A stretch of 64,000 nt of DNA from a virus. Its lineage: Duplodnaviria > Caudoviricetes. Below are positions 62,187 to 64,000 of this stretch, one piece after another (position 1 is the first letter of the stretch; each line of letters begins with the position of its first letter). Under the pieces are notes generated by a model. It had not been told where the DNA came from, ran no database searches, and worked only from the letters and a program-made list of their open reading frames with translations. The DNA lies in the IMG/VR virus record IMGVR_UViG_3300034127_000032, positions 2,587-66,586 of that record. One strand, written 5' to 3'. The translations under genes were made by a program, and so were the position numbers.

Positions 62187-64000
62187 TTAGGCTTCTACAA
62201 AAGCGCCTTCAGTAAGTATCTGGTTATATGGCAACTCGCCTACTGTACCCCAGCTCAAACCACTATCACAAGACGACAGTAGAGGTACATACAAGCCTGG
62301 AAACGGATTTTCCATCTGGTGCCTAGCCTCAAGCAGCGCCTCTTGATGTAACTTGCTACCATCAAAGCTAAAGCAGTTTTCATCATGTACAGTCAGTAGC
62401 ATAGGCATCACGTCTTGTAGACCACTTTCCCAATATTTTAGCATTGAGGCTTTGAGGCAGTCGGCAGCTGAGCCTTGTAGCACACGGTTAACTGCTTTAT
62501 GCAAGCCGACGCGTTGAAGGTTTGGCCCATAAATTTCTACAGCTTTTTCACGCGGATAAGGTGTTTTCGATCGGCCGTTACGGTTGTTGGGTACCCAGAA
62601 GTCAAAGCGTGCTTTACGCCCAAGGAAGGTAGAAACATACCCTTCGCGGCTAGCTTCATTAGCGTAATGCTCAAGCGTTTTAGCTACGTAGGGTGATGCC
62701 TCAAAGTACGAGTCTACAAGCTCTTTTGACTTGTCAGCCGGTAGCTGAAGGCTGATTGCTAGCTTGTCAAGTCCCATGCCGTAAAGCAGACCAAAGTTAA
62801 TGGTCTTGGTTGACTTACGGCTAATTCCTACACCTGTCAAGCCGTTAATCATGTCGCAAACAAGTTGGTGAAAGTCTAGCGTCGGGTCAGCGCAAAAAGC
62901 CGCGCGAACTGCGTCAGCGCCTGGGCCAACAGCAAAGTGCGCAAGAATTCGATACTCAATGGAAGACAAATCCAGCGACTTCCAAGTCTCGTTATATTCT
63001 GGAACAAACGCGCCCCTGATACGCGCGCCAAGCTTTGTACGAATTGGAATGTTTTGTAGGTTTGGATCGCTTGAGCTAAAGCGTCCGCTTACTGTACCGC
63101 CGCCTTCAGACTTCAGCTGTCGAAAAGTACAGTGTAGTCGCCCATTAACGTTTTTATTGAGAATGTACCCCTCAACAAAAGTTGATCGCATTTTAATCAG
63201 TTCTTTAAGCTCAGTAATATGGGATGCTAGACTGTGTGTTTGCGTCTTCATAAATGTGGCAGTAAACGACGGGTTACCGACTTCTGTTGTTGGGTACTCG
63301 TAGCCAAACTTATCAAAGGCTTTTGCCAAGTCTTGACCCGAGTTAACGTTTACAGCAAAGCCACACTGCGCACGAAGCTCCATTGTTTTAATGGCCGCTT
63401 GTTCTTCAAGTTCGTCGCGCAGCTTATTAGCGTACGGCAAGTCGACTCTAACACCGCGAAACCGCATTGCGATCATAAGCGGTATTAGCTTGCATTCCAT
63501 CTGGAATACGTTCATCAGGCCTTCACGTAGCAGTATTGGCCATTGACGCTGCAAAACAGCCAAAGGTAAAGTTGCGTCTGACTCAGCGTAAGGACCGGCT
63601 AGCTCAATTGGGCAGCGGTACATATTTGCCCGTTGAGTGCCATTGGGCTGTCCGCCATAGGCGTCAGCTAGCCACTTATACATACCGTTAGATTCTTTAC
63701 CTTCGCCCATATACTTTTGGCCAAGTGCTTCAAGATTTTGCCGAGCAGTCTCGTCGATAAGCGCTTCAGCAAAGCCGCAGTCGTACAGCATGCCTTTTAC
63801 AAAAACACCTTCAGACTGTAAAAAGCCAACGTCGTATGTAAGGTTAAGACCTACTTTTACTTGGTGCGGTCGACTTAGCTCTTTTTGCGCCCAAGCTAAT
63901 ACGGCTTCGCGGTTCATGTTACCGCCAAGTATATGCTTAAACGGAAAATATCCTTTATACCCACAGTCAGTGGCAACAGATATTCCTATTAGGTGTGAAG
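62187..64000 (-). CDS. polA: Family A DNA polymerase with 3'-5' exonuclease (5' end outside the window)
   Basis: Frame open to the edge (IGISVAT...YFPF.H..GGNM); SSSDPNLQNIP, DLSSIEYRILAH, KTINFGLLYG, TVHDE. Confidence 0.95.
   Translation of the reverse strand, partial: SHLIGISVATDCGYKGYFPFKHILGGNMNREAVLAWAQKELSRPHQVKVGLNLTYDVGFLQSEGVFVKGMLYDCGFAEALIDETARQNLEALGQKYMGEGKESNGMYKWLADAYGGQPNGTQRANMYRCPIELAGPYAESDATLPLAVLQRQWPILLREGLMNVFQMECKLIPLMIAMRFRGVRVDLPYANKLRDELEEQAAIKTMELRAQCGFAVNVNSGQDLAKAFDKFGYEYPTTEVGNPSFTATFMKTQTHSLASHITELKELIKMRSTFVEGYILNKNVNGRLHCTFRQLKSEGGGTVSGRFSSSDPNLQNIPIRTKLGARIRGAFVPEYNETWKSLDLSSIEYRILAHFAVGPGADAVRAAFCADPTLDFHQLVCDMINGLTGVGISRKSTKTINFGLLYGMGLDKLAISLQLPADKSKELVDSYFEASPYVAKTLEHYANEASREGYVSTFLGRKARFDFWVPNNRNGRSKTPYPREKAVEIYGPNLQRVGLHKAVNRVLQGSAADCLKASMLKYWESGLQDVMPMLLTVHDENCFSFDGSKLHQEALLEARHQMENPFPGLYVPLLSSCDSGLSWGTVGELPYNQILTEGAFVEA

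Noticed and set aside
62187-64000. Intron or intein in polA (also checked terL, rtcB, helicase, ligase)
   Set aside because: The conserved motifs are contiguous at normal spacing and no homing endonuclease insert is visible.
1-64000. Window as a complete circular or terminally redundant genome
   Set aside because: Both ends are truncated inside different genes and no terminal repeat is visible, so some genome lies outside the window.

Overview
The window is a continuous stretch of a lytic-looking tailed phage genome with a contractile tail (myovirus). The host is probably Pseudomonas-like, judging from the GH19 endolysin, the MTTNQTIDGVPR-type accessory protein and the RtcB. Both ends are cut mid-gene: a MazG/PRA-PH-like gene on the left and a family A DNA polymerase on the right. 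Layout: (i) 1-11.3 kb, leftward replication/recombination block (SF2 helicase, Cas4-like exonuclease, DUF669 SSB, Sak4-like ATPase, primase-helicase, dCMP deaminase, TraR/DksA, one tRNA-CAU); (ii) 11.3-12.3 kb, non-coding divergence point packed with GCATC repeats, a candidate origin; (iii) 12.3-31.6 kb, about 55 small rightward accessory genes (DenV-like glycosylase, RtcB, MazG-like, GHKL ATPase, C39-like peptidase, orphan tail-collar domain, acidic microproteins); (iv) 31.7-58.7 kb, terminase, portal, lysis cassette, DUF2213/DUF2184 head and DUF3383/DUF3277 contractile tail; (v) 58.8-64 kb, leftward VRR-NUC, ATP-dependent ligase and DNA polymerase. No integrase or CRISPR array was seen. The signal no annotated feature explains is a quasi-palindromic motif, (C/G)CCACWGTGGG(TA). 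I counted its 9-mer core by hand 25 times, against about 0.5 expected. It occurs in all reading frames, on both strands, just upstream of several promoters and on either side of the putative origin. Product calls come from motif recognition by eye; no database searches were run.
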